In this document: positions 51,680 to 60,035 of the stretch, one piece after another
How positions within the stretch are numbered: position 1 is the first letter of the stretch
Layout of the letters: every line of letters begins with the position of its first letter
Assembly (NCBI GenBank): GCA_038248895.1
Contig: JBBRWZ010000002.1
Span: 9,847 to 73,846, forward strand
DNA length: 64,000 nt
From: Candidatus Limnocylindria bacterium
GTDB taxonomy: Bacteria > Chloroflexota > Limnocylindria > QHBO01
Reading direction: 5' to 3'
Made by a program: the position numbers and the translations under genes
Notes under the pieces: generated by a model
The model's input: only the letters and a program-made list of their open reading frames with translations
The model's database searches: none
Told to the model about the DNA's origin: nothing

Positions 51680-52572
51680 GCGGCCACGTCATCGTCGTCG
51701 GCTCCATCAACGTCGACTTCGTGGTGCGTGCCGATCGTCTGCCGCGCCCCGGCGAGACGGTGAGCGGCGGTCGCCTCGAGGTGCATCGGGGCGGCAAGGG
51801 TGCCAACCAGGCCGTGGCCGCGGCACGCGCCGGCGCGAAGGTCGCATTCGTCGGCGCGGCGGGCAGGGATGCGTACGGCGACGCGGCGATCGGGGCGCTC
51901 CGCGATGAGGGCATCGACGTCAGCGGCATCCGCCGCACGGGCACGCCGACCGGCGCGGCGATCATCGCCGTCGGGCCGCGCGGCGAGAACCAGATCGTCG
52001 TCGCGCCCGGTGCCAATGCCGATGTCGACGTCGCCCAGCTCACCGACGAGCTGCTCCATGGCGCGACGGTGCTGCTCACCGGCTTCGAGGTACCGCCCCT
52101 GGTCGTCCTCGGCGCGGCGAAGCGCGGCACGGACGCGGGGTTGCAGGTCATCGTCAACCCCGCACCCGCGCGACCCCTGCCGGGCGAGCTCCTCGCGCTC
52201 GACCTGATCCTCACGCCGAACGAGCACGAGCTGATCGTCGCCATCGGCAACGACGACCCCGCCGCGGCGCTCACCGAGCTCGGGGGCCGCACCGCCGGCC
52301 CCGTGATCGTGACCCAGGGCGCTGCCGGCGCCCTGCTCGCCGCGAACGGACGGCGGCAGCGGTTCGACGGTCGCCCGGCGCACGATGTCGTCGACACGAC
52401 CGGCGCCGGTGACGCGTTCAACGGGGTGCTGGCCGCATGGCTGGCGCGCGGCGCCACGCTCGACGAGGCGATCGCGGCCGCGAATGTCGCCGGTTCGCTC
52501 GCCATCGGGCAGCCGGGTGCGCAGGATGGGATGCCGGACCGCGCAGCGATCGAGGCCGCCCTCGGCGACTAG
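51676..52572 (+). CDS. rbsK: Ribokinase (PfkB family)
   Basis: GTG 51676 forms a GTGA overlap with the pdxH stop. Carries VVGSINVDF, GGKGANQAVAAARAG and DTTGAGDAFNG. Confidence 0.87.
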   Translation: MSGHVIVVGSINVDFVVRADRLPRPGETVSGGRLEVHRGGKGANQAVAAARAGAKVAFVGAAGRDAYGDAAIGALRDEGIDVSGIRRTGTPTGAAIIAVGPRGENQIVVAPGANADVDVAQLTDELLHGATVLLTGFEVPPLVVLGAAKRGTDAGLQVIVNPAPARPLPGELLALDLILTPNEHELIVAIGNDDPAAALTELGGRTAGPVIVTQGAAGALLAANGRRQRFDGRPAHDVVDTTGAGDAFNGVLAAWLARGATLDEAIAAANVAGSLAIGQPGAQDGMPDRAAIEAALGD

Positions 52573-52629
52573 TGCCAATCAGTCGCATGCCATAGCATCG
52601 GGGGTGGCACCGCGAAAAGGACAGCATCC

Positions 52630-53514
52630 GTGACACTCCCCAACGATTCCAATCCCAAGCTGGCGCAGTACGCCCACCCCGAGCGGCTCGTCACCACCGA
52701 CTGGCTCGCCGAGCACCTCGACGACGCCGGCCTGGCCGTGGTCGAGTCGGACGAGGACATCCTCCTCTACGAGACCGGCCACATCCCGGGCGCGGTCAAG
52801 GTCGATTGGCACACCGAGCTCAACGACCCCGTCACCCGCGACTACCTGGATGGTGAGCGGTTTGCGGCGCTCATGCGCGACAAGGGCATCGGCCGCGACA
52901 CGACCGTCGTCTTCTACGGCGACAAGAGCAACTGGTGGGCGGCGTATGCGCTCTGGGTCTTCAGCCTCTTCGGCCATCCCGACGTGCGCCTCCTCGACGG
53001 CGGTCGCGCGAAGTGGGAGGCGGAGGGACGACCGATGACGACCGATCGGGCCAATCGGCCGGCCGCGGACTACCCGGTCGTCGAGCGTCAGGATGCGGCC
53101 ATCCGCGCCTTCCGCGACGACGTGCTCGCCCACCTCGGCCGGCCGCTCATCGACGTCCGCTCCCCCGACGAGTACGCGGGACGGCTGCTCCACATGGCGA
53201 ATTACCCGCAGGAAGGTGCGCTGCGCGGCGGCCATATCCCCGGCGCGAAGAGCGTCCCGTGGGCGAAGGCCGCCAACGAGGACGGCACCTTCAAATCGCG
53301 CGACGAGCTCGCGGCGCTGTACGAGGGCGATGCCGAGCTCGATGCCGGCGACGACGTGGTCGTCTACTGCCGCATCGGCGAACGATCGAGCCACACCTGG
53401 TTCGCGCTGACTCACCTCCTTGGCTACGAGCAGGTCCGCAACTACGACGGATCGTGGACCGAGTGGGGCAACAGCGTGCGGGTCCCGATCGAGCGGGACG
53501 CCGAACCGGCGTGA
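52630..53514 (+). CDS. Thiosulfate/3-mercaptopyruvate sulfurtransferase (tandem rhodanese domains)
   Basis: 294 aa with two rhodanese domains. The active-site loop is [14 protein letters not shown]. Confidence 0.9.
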   Translation: MTLPNDSNPKLAQYAHPERLVTTDWLAEHLDDAGLAVVESDEDILLYETGHIPGAVKVDWHTELNDPVTRDYLDGERFAALMRDKGIGRDTTVVFYGDKSNWWAAYALWVFSLFGHPDVRLLDGGRAKWEAEGRPMTTDRANRPAADYPVVERQDAAIRAFRDDVLAHLGRPLIDVRSPDEYAGRLLHMANYPQEGALRGGHIPGAKSVPWAKAANEDGTFKSRDELAALYEGDAELDAGDDVVVYCRIGERSSHTWFALTHLLGYEQVRNYDGSWTEWGNSVRVPIERDAEPA

Positions 53515-53948
53515 CCCAGCTCGACCTGCCGGAGGCGCTCGCCGAGATCGTCGACACCTTCGCCACCTCGCCCCCGCGCGACCGCCTCGAGCTCCTGCTC
53601 GAGTACGCGCAGATGCTGCCGGCGATGCCGGAGCGCTACGCGGCGCATCGGGAGCTGCTCGAGGCGGTGCCCGAGTGCCAATCGCCACTGTTCGTGGCGA
53701 GCGAGGTGGACGCGGAGGGCCGAGTCCACCTCTTCATGGACGCCCCGCCGGAAGCGCCGACGACGCGGGGCTTCGCGGGCATCTTTCACATCGGTCTCGA
53801 CGGCGCGACCGCCGCGCAGGTGCTCGCGGTGCCAGCCGAGGTGACGACCCGGATGGCGCTCGCCGAGGTCGTCAGCCCGCTCCGCATGCGCGGCGCGTCG
53901 GCACTGCTCGGTCGTGTCCAGCGCCAGGTCCGGGACGCTTCCGCCTGA
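53511..53948 (+). CDS. SufE-like sulfur acceptor protein
   Basis: GTG 53511 forms a GTGA overlap with the rhodanese stop. 145 aa, with a SufE pattern that includes the conserved Cys in [10 protein letters not shown]. Confidence 0.85.
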   Translation: MTQLDLPEALAEIVDTFATSPPRDRLELLLEYAQMLPAMPERYAAHRELLEAVPECQSPLFVASEVDAEGRVHLFMDAPPEAPTTRGFAGIFHIGLDGATAAQVLAVPAEVTTRMALAEVVSPLRMRGASALLGRVQRQVRDASA

Positions 53949-54022
53949 CCGATGCCGCCGACCGCGCGGTGATGCACCGATCCGCATGCATTGCACTCGC
54001 GCCGCCATCCCCGGATCAGGCG

Positions 54023-56869
54023 TCACCACTCGACGAGCTTCCAGATCTCCGGCTGCATGGTGCTCGGCTCGCCGATCTCCGCGAAGAGGGTCACCGCGCG
54101 GCGGAGCTCCTCCATCGCCTCGGCGTCGCGTCCGGCGGCACGGAGCAGATCGGCAAGGTTGTTCCGCAGCGCCGCCTCGCGATGCAGATCGCCGCGTGCC
54201 GCGCAGAGGCGCAGTGCCGCGGCAGTGAGCTCGATCGCCGGCCCCACCGATCCGGCCTCGCGCTCGACGAGGGCGAGGTTGTTCAACGCGGCGATGCGGG
54301 CCGGTCCTGATGGAGGTGCGACGTCGAGTGCCACGCGCAGGTGGTCCCGCGCCGCATCGAGATTCCCGGCGGCACGCTCGGCCATGGCGAGGACGTTGTG
54401 GGCCTGGGCAAGGACGTCGGTGGCCCCGGCCTCGGTCGCGGCCTGCGCCGCCGCGGCGGCCAATGCGCGGGCGACACCGGCATCTCCGCGTCGCAGGCCA
54501 ATGAGGGCACGGTCGGCGAGAATCGAGCCGCGTTCGGCGTGGTCGCCCATCTCGAGCGACGCCAGCGCCGCACCCAGGTGCGCGTCGGCGACGAGCCACG
54601 CCCCGCGACGGAGGTGGACGTCCCCAAGCCGCCGCTCCAGGCGTGCCAGGTCGCGGCCGGCGGCGCGGGCGGACGCCGCCTCGTACGTCGCGACCGCCGC
54701 CGCGTAGCGGCCGAGCCGGGTCTGGAGCTCACCGATCCGCTCGCGGATTCGGCGCGGGTCACCGGGCTCGAGGGCGAGCGCCGCCTCGTAGTGCTCGAGG
54801 GCCTCGACATTGGCGAAGAGCCGTTCCGCCTCGGCAGCGGCCACGAGCAGCTGGTCGACCGCCCGCTCGTCGTCGCCCGCCTCGCGGAAGTGGGTGGCAA
54901 CGACCCCCGCCATCGACCGCGCCCCGCGCCGCCGGACGACGCCGGCGAGGGCCTCTGCCACCCGACGGTGGAGCAGCCGGCCGCGGCCGGGACCGATCGC
55001 GGCGACGACCACGTCGCGCGTCGTCTCGTGGTCGACGTCATACGAGGCATCGGACGCGGACGCGCGCAGCAGGCCGCGCGCCACGAGCTCGTCGAGCGCC
55101 GTTGCGACCTCCTCGCTGCTACGTCCGCTGACAGCGCGAACCAGGTCCGGCTCGAATGGCTGACCGATGATCGCCGCGGCGTCGAGGACCTGGCGCGCCG
55201 GTGGCGACGCCTCCTCGATGCGGGCGCGTACGAGGTCGGCAAGATCGCCCGGCACGCCCTCCAGCAGCGCCCCCCCGCCTGCGAGGTCGCCGTGCCTGAT
55301 GCGGCCAAGGTACGAGGCGACGATCGCCGGATTGCCGCCACTGCGTGCCATGAGCTGCGTCGCGAGATCGCCACCGTCGTCACCCAGCGGCCCTGCGGCG
55401 ACGAGGCGCCGGACGCCGTCCGCGGAGAGCGGCGCGAGGCGAAGCTCGACGAGCGATTCGACGCGTGCCGCCGCCCGTCGCAGCGGCGCGAGGCGCCGGG
55501 CCCCGGGATCGTCGGAGCGGGCCAGGAGGACAATCGCGAGGCATCGGTCCGGGAGCCGGCGCACCACGTAGGCGAGGACCGCCAGCGAGGCGTCGTCGAC
55601 CCACTGCGCATCGTCGACGAGGACTCCCCCGCCGGCGCCGACGGCGCGTTCGACTGCCTTGGCGAGGCCGGCGATGAACTGCACCGATCCGGCCTCATCG
55701 GTCCCGATGGCGGCGGCGGTACCACCGGGGAGGAGACGCTCGGCGGCACGGTCCGCGGCATCGACGGGCGCGGTCCCTGCAGCCTCGGGACGACTCGCGC
55801 TGAGCAGCTCGGCGACGAGGGCGAAGGGAAGCGTCCGCTCCCCCGGGTGTGCGCGGAGAGCGCGGAACGTGAGGCCGGATGCCGTCAGCGCCGCGCCGAG
55901 CTCGGCAGCGAAGCGCGTCCGTCCGATCCCGGCGGGACCCTCGATTACGACGAGGCGGCCCGCCGTGCTCGCCGTCCGGCAGGCGTCGACCGCCAGGCGC
56001 AGCGCAGCGCCGCGCTCCACGAGCGGCAGTCGATCGGCCGGAGGCGCGGCGATCGGGACCGTCGCCCCAGTCGGGATCGGCATTGACTGCCGGTCACCGG
56101 CGGCAATCCGTTCGTAGAGCTGCGTCGTCTCGGGCAGCGGCTCGACCCCGAGCTCATCGGCGAGCACCCGGACGCACGAGCGGTACTGTCGCATCGCCTC
56201 ACTGCGCTCGCCGCGCAGGGTGTGCAGCTCCATCAGCCGCCGGTGGGCCGGTTCGTGGAGCGGATCGAGGGCCACCCAGCGACGCGCATGCTCGAGCAGC
56301 ACGGTCCCGCCGTCACGGGCCGACGGATCGGGGCGTGACAGCCGATCGAGCAGCTGCGCGAGCGTCGCCTGGCGAGTCTCGGCCACCGACGCCAGCCAAT
56401 CGTCGAACTCGGGACTGTCGCGGAGGCCGAAGCCGGCGAGCAGCGGACCGCGATGCAGCGCTGCGGCGCGCTCCAGGCGTCGGCGGCACGACGGGCAGGG
56501 TGGGCCGGGATCGGCATGCCGTGCGACCTGGTCGAGGAGCCGATCCACCTCCCGGACGTCAACGTGCACCCCGAGGCCGTCGACAGCGAGAAGGCGCCCG
56601 CTCGCCGCCGGCCACGCCCCGCCCAGCCCCGCGCGCGTCACCGACAGCGTCCGACGCAGCGCGGACCCGGCGTGCACGTCGTCGAGCTCCGGCCAGAGCA
56701 GCGTCTGCACCTGGTCACGCGACTGCGGCCCGGCGCCGAGCGCGAGCACGGCGAGGAGCGCAACCGCCTTCCGGGTATCGAACTGGACGGGTGTCCCGTC
56801 GAGGTCCACGAGGGGCGTCCCGAGCAGCCGCAGCCGAAGGTCCGGAACGTGGACGCGGTTGCTGGTCAT
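54023..56869 (-). CDS. SARP/AfsR-like regulator: winged-helix + BTAD + P-loop NTPase (degenerate Walker A) + C-terminal TPR
   Basis: Start ATG 56869 gives 948 aa. The N-terminal OmpR-type DNA-binding region is LRLRLLGTPLVDLDG...LLWPE. The BTAD region is HEPAHRRLMELHTLRGERSEAMRQYRSCVRVLADELGVEP. The NTPase P-loop is GPAGIGRT. The C-terminus carries TPR repeats. Confidence 0.88.
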   Translation of the reverse strand: MTSNRVHVPDLRLRLLGTPLVDLDGTPVQFDTRKAVALLAVLALGAGPQSRDQVQTLLWPELDDVHAGSALRRTLSVTRAGLGGAWPAASGRLLAVDGLGVHVDVREVDRLLDQVARHADPGPPCPSCRRRLERAAALHRGPLLAGFGLRDSPEFDDWLASVAETRQATLAQLLDRLSRPDPSARDGGTVLLEHARRWVALDPLHEPAHRRLMELHTLRGERSEAMRQYRSCVRVLADELGVEPLPETTQLYERIAAGDRQSMPIPTGATVPIAAPPADRLPLVERGAALRLAVDACRTASTAGRLVVIEGPAGIGRTRFAAELGAALTASGLTFRALRAHPGERTLPFALVAELLSASRPEAAGTAPVDAADRAAERLLPGGTAAAIGTDEAGSVQFIAGLAKAVERAVGAGGGVLVDDAQWVDDASLAVLAYVVRRLPDRCLAIVLLARSDDPGARRLAPLRRAAARVESLVELRLAPLSADGVRRLVAAGPLGDDGGDLATQLMARSGGNPAIVASYLGRIRHGDLAGGGALLEGVPGDLADLVRARIEEASPPARQVLDAAAIIGQPFEPDLVRAVSGRSSEEVATALDELVARGLLRASASDASYDVDHETTRDVVVAAIGPGRGRLLHRRVAEALAGVVRRRGARSMAGVVATHFREAGDDERAVDQLLVAAAEAERLFANVEALEHYEAALALEPGDPRRIRERIGELQTRLGRYAAAVATYEAASARAAGRDLARLERRLGDVHLRRGAWLVADAHLGAALASLEMGDHAERGSILADRALIGLRRGDAGVARALAAAAAQAATEAGATDVLAQAHNVLAMAERAAGNLDAARDHLRVALDVAPPSGPARIAALNNLALVEREAGSVGPAIELTAAALRLCAARGDLHREAALRNNLADLLRAAGRDAEAMEELRRAVTLFAEIGEPSTMQPEIWKLVEW

Positions 56870-56959
56870 GATCACCAACAGCGTGGCGGATCGGTTCGCG
56901 CTCCGCAATTGACCGATCATCGGAGACCGTAACGATCACCGAACGCCGCACCGCGTAGC

Positions 56960-58207
56960 ATGCTGCGGGTGACCTCCCTACCGCAGCGAACGACCCCGTC
57001 GCGCCGCGGCGCCCCGCTCGTGCTGAGCCTCGCCCTGATCGGCGTCCTCCTGGGGGTCGGCTCGGTGGCGGTCCTGTGGGCCACCGCAACGGACCAGGTG
57101 CCCGGACTGCTCCTTTATCTCGCCGTCTTCGGAGTCCTGCTCGTCACGTACCCGCTGCTGGGAGCGCTCATTGCCGTGCGCCGTCCGGCGGAGCCGTTCG
57201 GATGGATCTTTCTCGCCGTCGGGCTGGGCCTTGGCATCAGCGTCTTCGGCAGCGCCTACCTCGAGCTGTCGTTCGCGACGCCGCGACCGCTGCCGCTGGC
57301 CGCATGGTTCGGCTGGTTCCCAGAGTGGCTCTCGGTGGCGTCGATCATCGGCGGCATCGTCTCGCTGCTGCTCCTCTACCCGACCGGCCGTCTTCCGTCC
57401 CCCGGATGGCGCCGCTTCGCCATCGCCGGCGCCGTCGTCATCACGATCCAGACCATTGCCACCGCGCTGGCGGTCGAGGTCGTCGGCACCAAGCCGCACC
57501 TGGCGGCGAGCCCGATGCTTGCCCTTCCGGAATCGGTCCGCGCCGTCGCCGACGTCGCCGCCGCCATCGGGACCCCGGCCATCTTCGTCATCGCGATCGC
57601 CAGCCTCGTGGCGATCTGGCGCCGCTTCCGCCGCTCGAGCGGCGTGGAGCGTCAACAGCTGAAGTGGCTCGCGTGGGTGGCGATCCCCATGGTCATCGGC
57701 TTCCTCGTCGCGCCGCCGTATCCGATTGCCGGCTGGGACGTGGTCGCCTCCATCGGCTGGGCGGTGGGGATCATCGGTCTGGCGGCAATTCCGCTGGTCA
57801 CCACGATCGCGATCCTGCGGCACGGGCTGTGGGAGATCGACACCATCATCAATCGAACGCTCGTCTACGGCGCCCTCAGCGCGGTGCTGGCCGCGATGTA
57901 CGCTGCCACCGTGCTGGCGCTGCAGGGTCTCCTCGACCAGGTCGCGCCGGACGACACGCTCGCGGTCGCGGCGTCGACGCTCCTCGTGGTCGCTGCCTTC
58001 GGACCTGTTCGGCGACGGATCCAGCATGCCGTTGACCGACGCTTCTATCGGTCCCGGTACGACGCCGGCCGGGTCATCGCGGCGTTCAGCGCCCAGCTGC
58101 GCGACGACCTCGACCCCGATGCGGTGGCTTCGCTGACGCTGCGCACCGCGCGACAGACGGTGCAGCCGCGCAGCACGAGCCTCTGGCTGCGCCCCACTGA
58201 CCGATGA
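56960..58207 (+). CDS. Polytopic membrane protein resembling the N-terminal sensor module of actinobacterial-type histidine kinases, but without kinase domains (paralogue 1)
   Basis: 415 aa with about 8-10 TM helices. Conserved blocks are LLYPTGRLPSPGWRR, GVERQQLKW, AILRHGLWEIDTIINRTLVYG and FGPVRRRIQHAVDRRFYRSRYDA...TVQPRSTSLWLRP. It ends 4 aa after WLRP. Confidence 0.75.
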   Translation: MLRVTSLPQRTTPSRRGAPLVLSLALIGVLLGVGSVAVLWATATDQVPGLLLYLAVFGVLLVTYPLLGALIAVRRPAEPFGWIFLAVGLGLGISVFGSAYLELSFATPRPLPLAAWFGWFPEWLSVASIIGGIVSLLLLYPTGRLPSPGWRRFAIAGAVVITIQTIATALAVEVVGTKPHLAASPMLALPESVRAVADVAAAIGTPAIFVIAIASLVAIWRRFRRSSGVERQQLKWLAWVAIPMVIGFLVAPPYPIAGWDVVASIGWAVGIIGLAAIPLVTTIAILRHGLWEIDTIINRTLVYGALSAVLAAMYAATVLALQGLLDQVAPDDTLAVAASTLLVVAAFGPVRRRIQHAVDRRFYRSRYDAGRVIAAFSAQLRDDLDPDAVASLTLRTARQTVQPRSTSLWLRPTDR

Positions 58208-59400
58208 GACATCTCGATGATCGGAGCGCGCGCATTGCCGGCCGGGTCGCCCTCGTCGCCTGTCTCGGGCTCGCCGTGCCAGCGGTCGGGTTCCTCTTCG
58301 TGCCACCCCGTGCAGGGGCCCCGGGCGCGGAGGTCACAGCGTTCCAGGCGATCGCCGACGGGACCCTGGTGCTCCTGACGCCGACGATGGGTTACCTCAT
58401 CCTCCTCCGACAGCCACACAGCCGGATCGGATGGTTGTTCATCGCCTTTCCCGGACTCCTCGCCCTCGGGTTCATGGGCGATGGCCTGGCGCGCCACCTG
58501 CCCGCCTCGCCGGCGCTGGGACTCGTGACGACGCTCCTGGCCGCCTTGAGCAACGCGTGGTTCCTGACCATCTTCATGCTTGTCCTTCTCTTCCCCACCG
58601 GGCAGCTCACGCACCCACGCTGGCGTCGGCTGCTCGTTGTGCTGGTCGTCCAGGTGATTGCGCTTGGCGCCATCCAGGTCGTCAGCGTCCTCCCCTACCC
58701 CGACCTCCCCGATCTGCGGAATCCCATCGCGGTCCCCGCGTGGCGGGAAACGCTCGACGTCCTGAACGCGGTGGTCGGCCTCTCCTTCGTTCCCACCGCC
58801 ATCGCCGCGATCGCGCAGCTGGCGGGACGCATGCGCGTAGCGCGCGGGGTCGAGCGCCAGCAGCTCAAGTGGTTCGTCCTCGCCGCGAGCGTCAGCGCCG
58901 GGCTGCTCGCCGCGGCGGCGCTGACGATCCCGGTCCCATCGATTTCCAACATCCTCTGGCCACTCGCGCTCACATCGCTCCTCCTCCTCCCCGTGACCAC
59001 GGCATTCGCGATTCTCCGTCACGGCCTCTTCGACATCGACCTCGTCATCAACCGCACCCTCGTCTACGGCTCGCTCTCGGTGATGCTGGCGGCGACGTAC
59101 AGCGCGGCGGTGCTCGTCCTTTCACTCCTGGTCACGCCGCTCACCGGGAACAGCCAGGTCGCCGTCGCCGTGGCGACGCTCGTCACGGTCGCGCTCTTCG
59201 GTCCGCTGCGGCGTCGCGTACAGGCGGGTGTCGACCGACGCTTCTACCGGTCCCGCTACGACGCCGCCCGCGTCGTGGCGCGCTTCGGCAGCCGATTGCG
59301 CGATGAGGTGGAACTCGACATGGTGGCCGGAACACTTATCGGCGCCGTCAGCGAGACGGTGCAACCAACATCGGTCCGGGTTTGGCTGCGGCCGTCGTAA
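58204..59400 (+). CDS. Paralogous kinase-less sensor-like membrane protein (paralogue 2)
   Basis: 398 aa, sharing an ATGA overlap with paralogue 1. It has the same blocks (LLFPTGQLTHPRWRR, GVERQQLKW, AILRHGLFDIDLVINRTLVYG, FGPLRRRVQAGVDRRFYRSRYDA...TVQPTSVRVWLRPS). Confidence 0.75.
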   Translation: MRHLDDRSARIAGRVALVACLGLAVPAVGFLFVPPRAGAPGAEVTAFQAIADGTLVLLTPTMGYLILLRQPHSRIGWLFIAFPGLLALGFMGDGLARHLPASPALGLVTTLLAALSNAWFLTIFMLVLLFPTGQLTHPRWRRLLVVLVVQVIALGAIQVVSVLPYPDLPDLRNPIAVPAWRETLDVLNAVVGLSFVPTAIAAIAQLAGRMRVARGVERQQLKWFVLAASVSAGLLAAAALTIPVPSISNILWPLALTSLLLLPVTTAFAILRHGLFDIDLVINRTLVYGSLSVMLAATYSAAVLVLSLLVTPLTGNSQVAVAVATLVTVALFGPLRRRVQAGVDRRFYRSRYDAARVVARFGSRLRDEVELDMVAGTLIGAVSETVQPTSVRVWLRPS

Positions 59401-59484
59401 CGATCCGGGAACGCCCAGCGCCTACAACGGTCTCGACAGGACCGATGACGTGCTCATCAGCAACGCCGCCCTGACACGGAGACC

Positions 59485-59994
59485 ATGATGCCCAGGGTTA
59501 CCCGTTTCCTCGCTCTCCTCCTGGCCGCCGCCGTCATGACGGCCTGCAGCGCCGCCGGTGCCACCGCCAGCCCGACCGCTACCGCCGTCGAGAGCACATC
59601 GGCCGCCAGCGGCGATACCATTACCGTCACCGGCCGCGACTATGCATTCGACGGCCTACCGGACACCGTACCGGTGGGGACGCAGCTCGCCTTCACGAAC
59701 GCGTCGACCGACGAGGTGCACCTCCTGGTGGTGGTCCGCAAGAACGACGACGTGTCGCGAACGCTCGAGGACCTGTTGAAGAACGGGACCGAGGAGGAGC
59801 AGCAGACGATGACGACCGAAGCCGGCGAGCTCGAGGCGATGCCCGGGGGCGACGCCGACGGCACGATCACCCTCGATGAGCCGGGTGAGTACCTGGCCCT
59901 GTGTCCGATCCCGGTAGGCTCGATGGCCTCGCCGGACGAGACCGCCGTGCCCCACTTCATGAAGGGCATGTACCAGTCCTTCACGGTCGAGTAG
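59485..59994 (+). CDS. Lipoprotein with cupredoxin-like domain (putative)
   Basis: The lipobox is LLLAAAVMTAC. The pattern TITVTGRDYAFDG...VPVGTQLAFTNASTDEVHLLVV...PGEYLALCPIP...HFMKGMYQSFTV resembles small blue-copper/cupredoxin-like proteins (H...C...H...M). GGAG sits at 59478-59481. The start is ATG 59485 or 59488. Confidence 0.6.
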   Translation: MMPRVTRFLALLLAAAVMTACSAAGATASPTATAVESTSAASGDTITVTGRDYAFDGLPDTVPVGTQLAFTNASTDEVHLLVVVRKNDDVSRTLEDLLKNGTEEEQQTMTTEAGELEAMPGGDADGTITLDEPGEYLALCPIPVGSMASPDETAVPHFMKGMYQSFTVE

Positions 59995-60035
59995 ACGGTG
60001 ACGGGCGGCGCGCGCGAGCAGGGATCGCGACGGTG

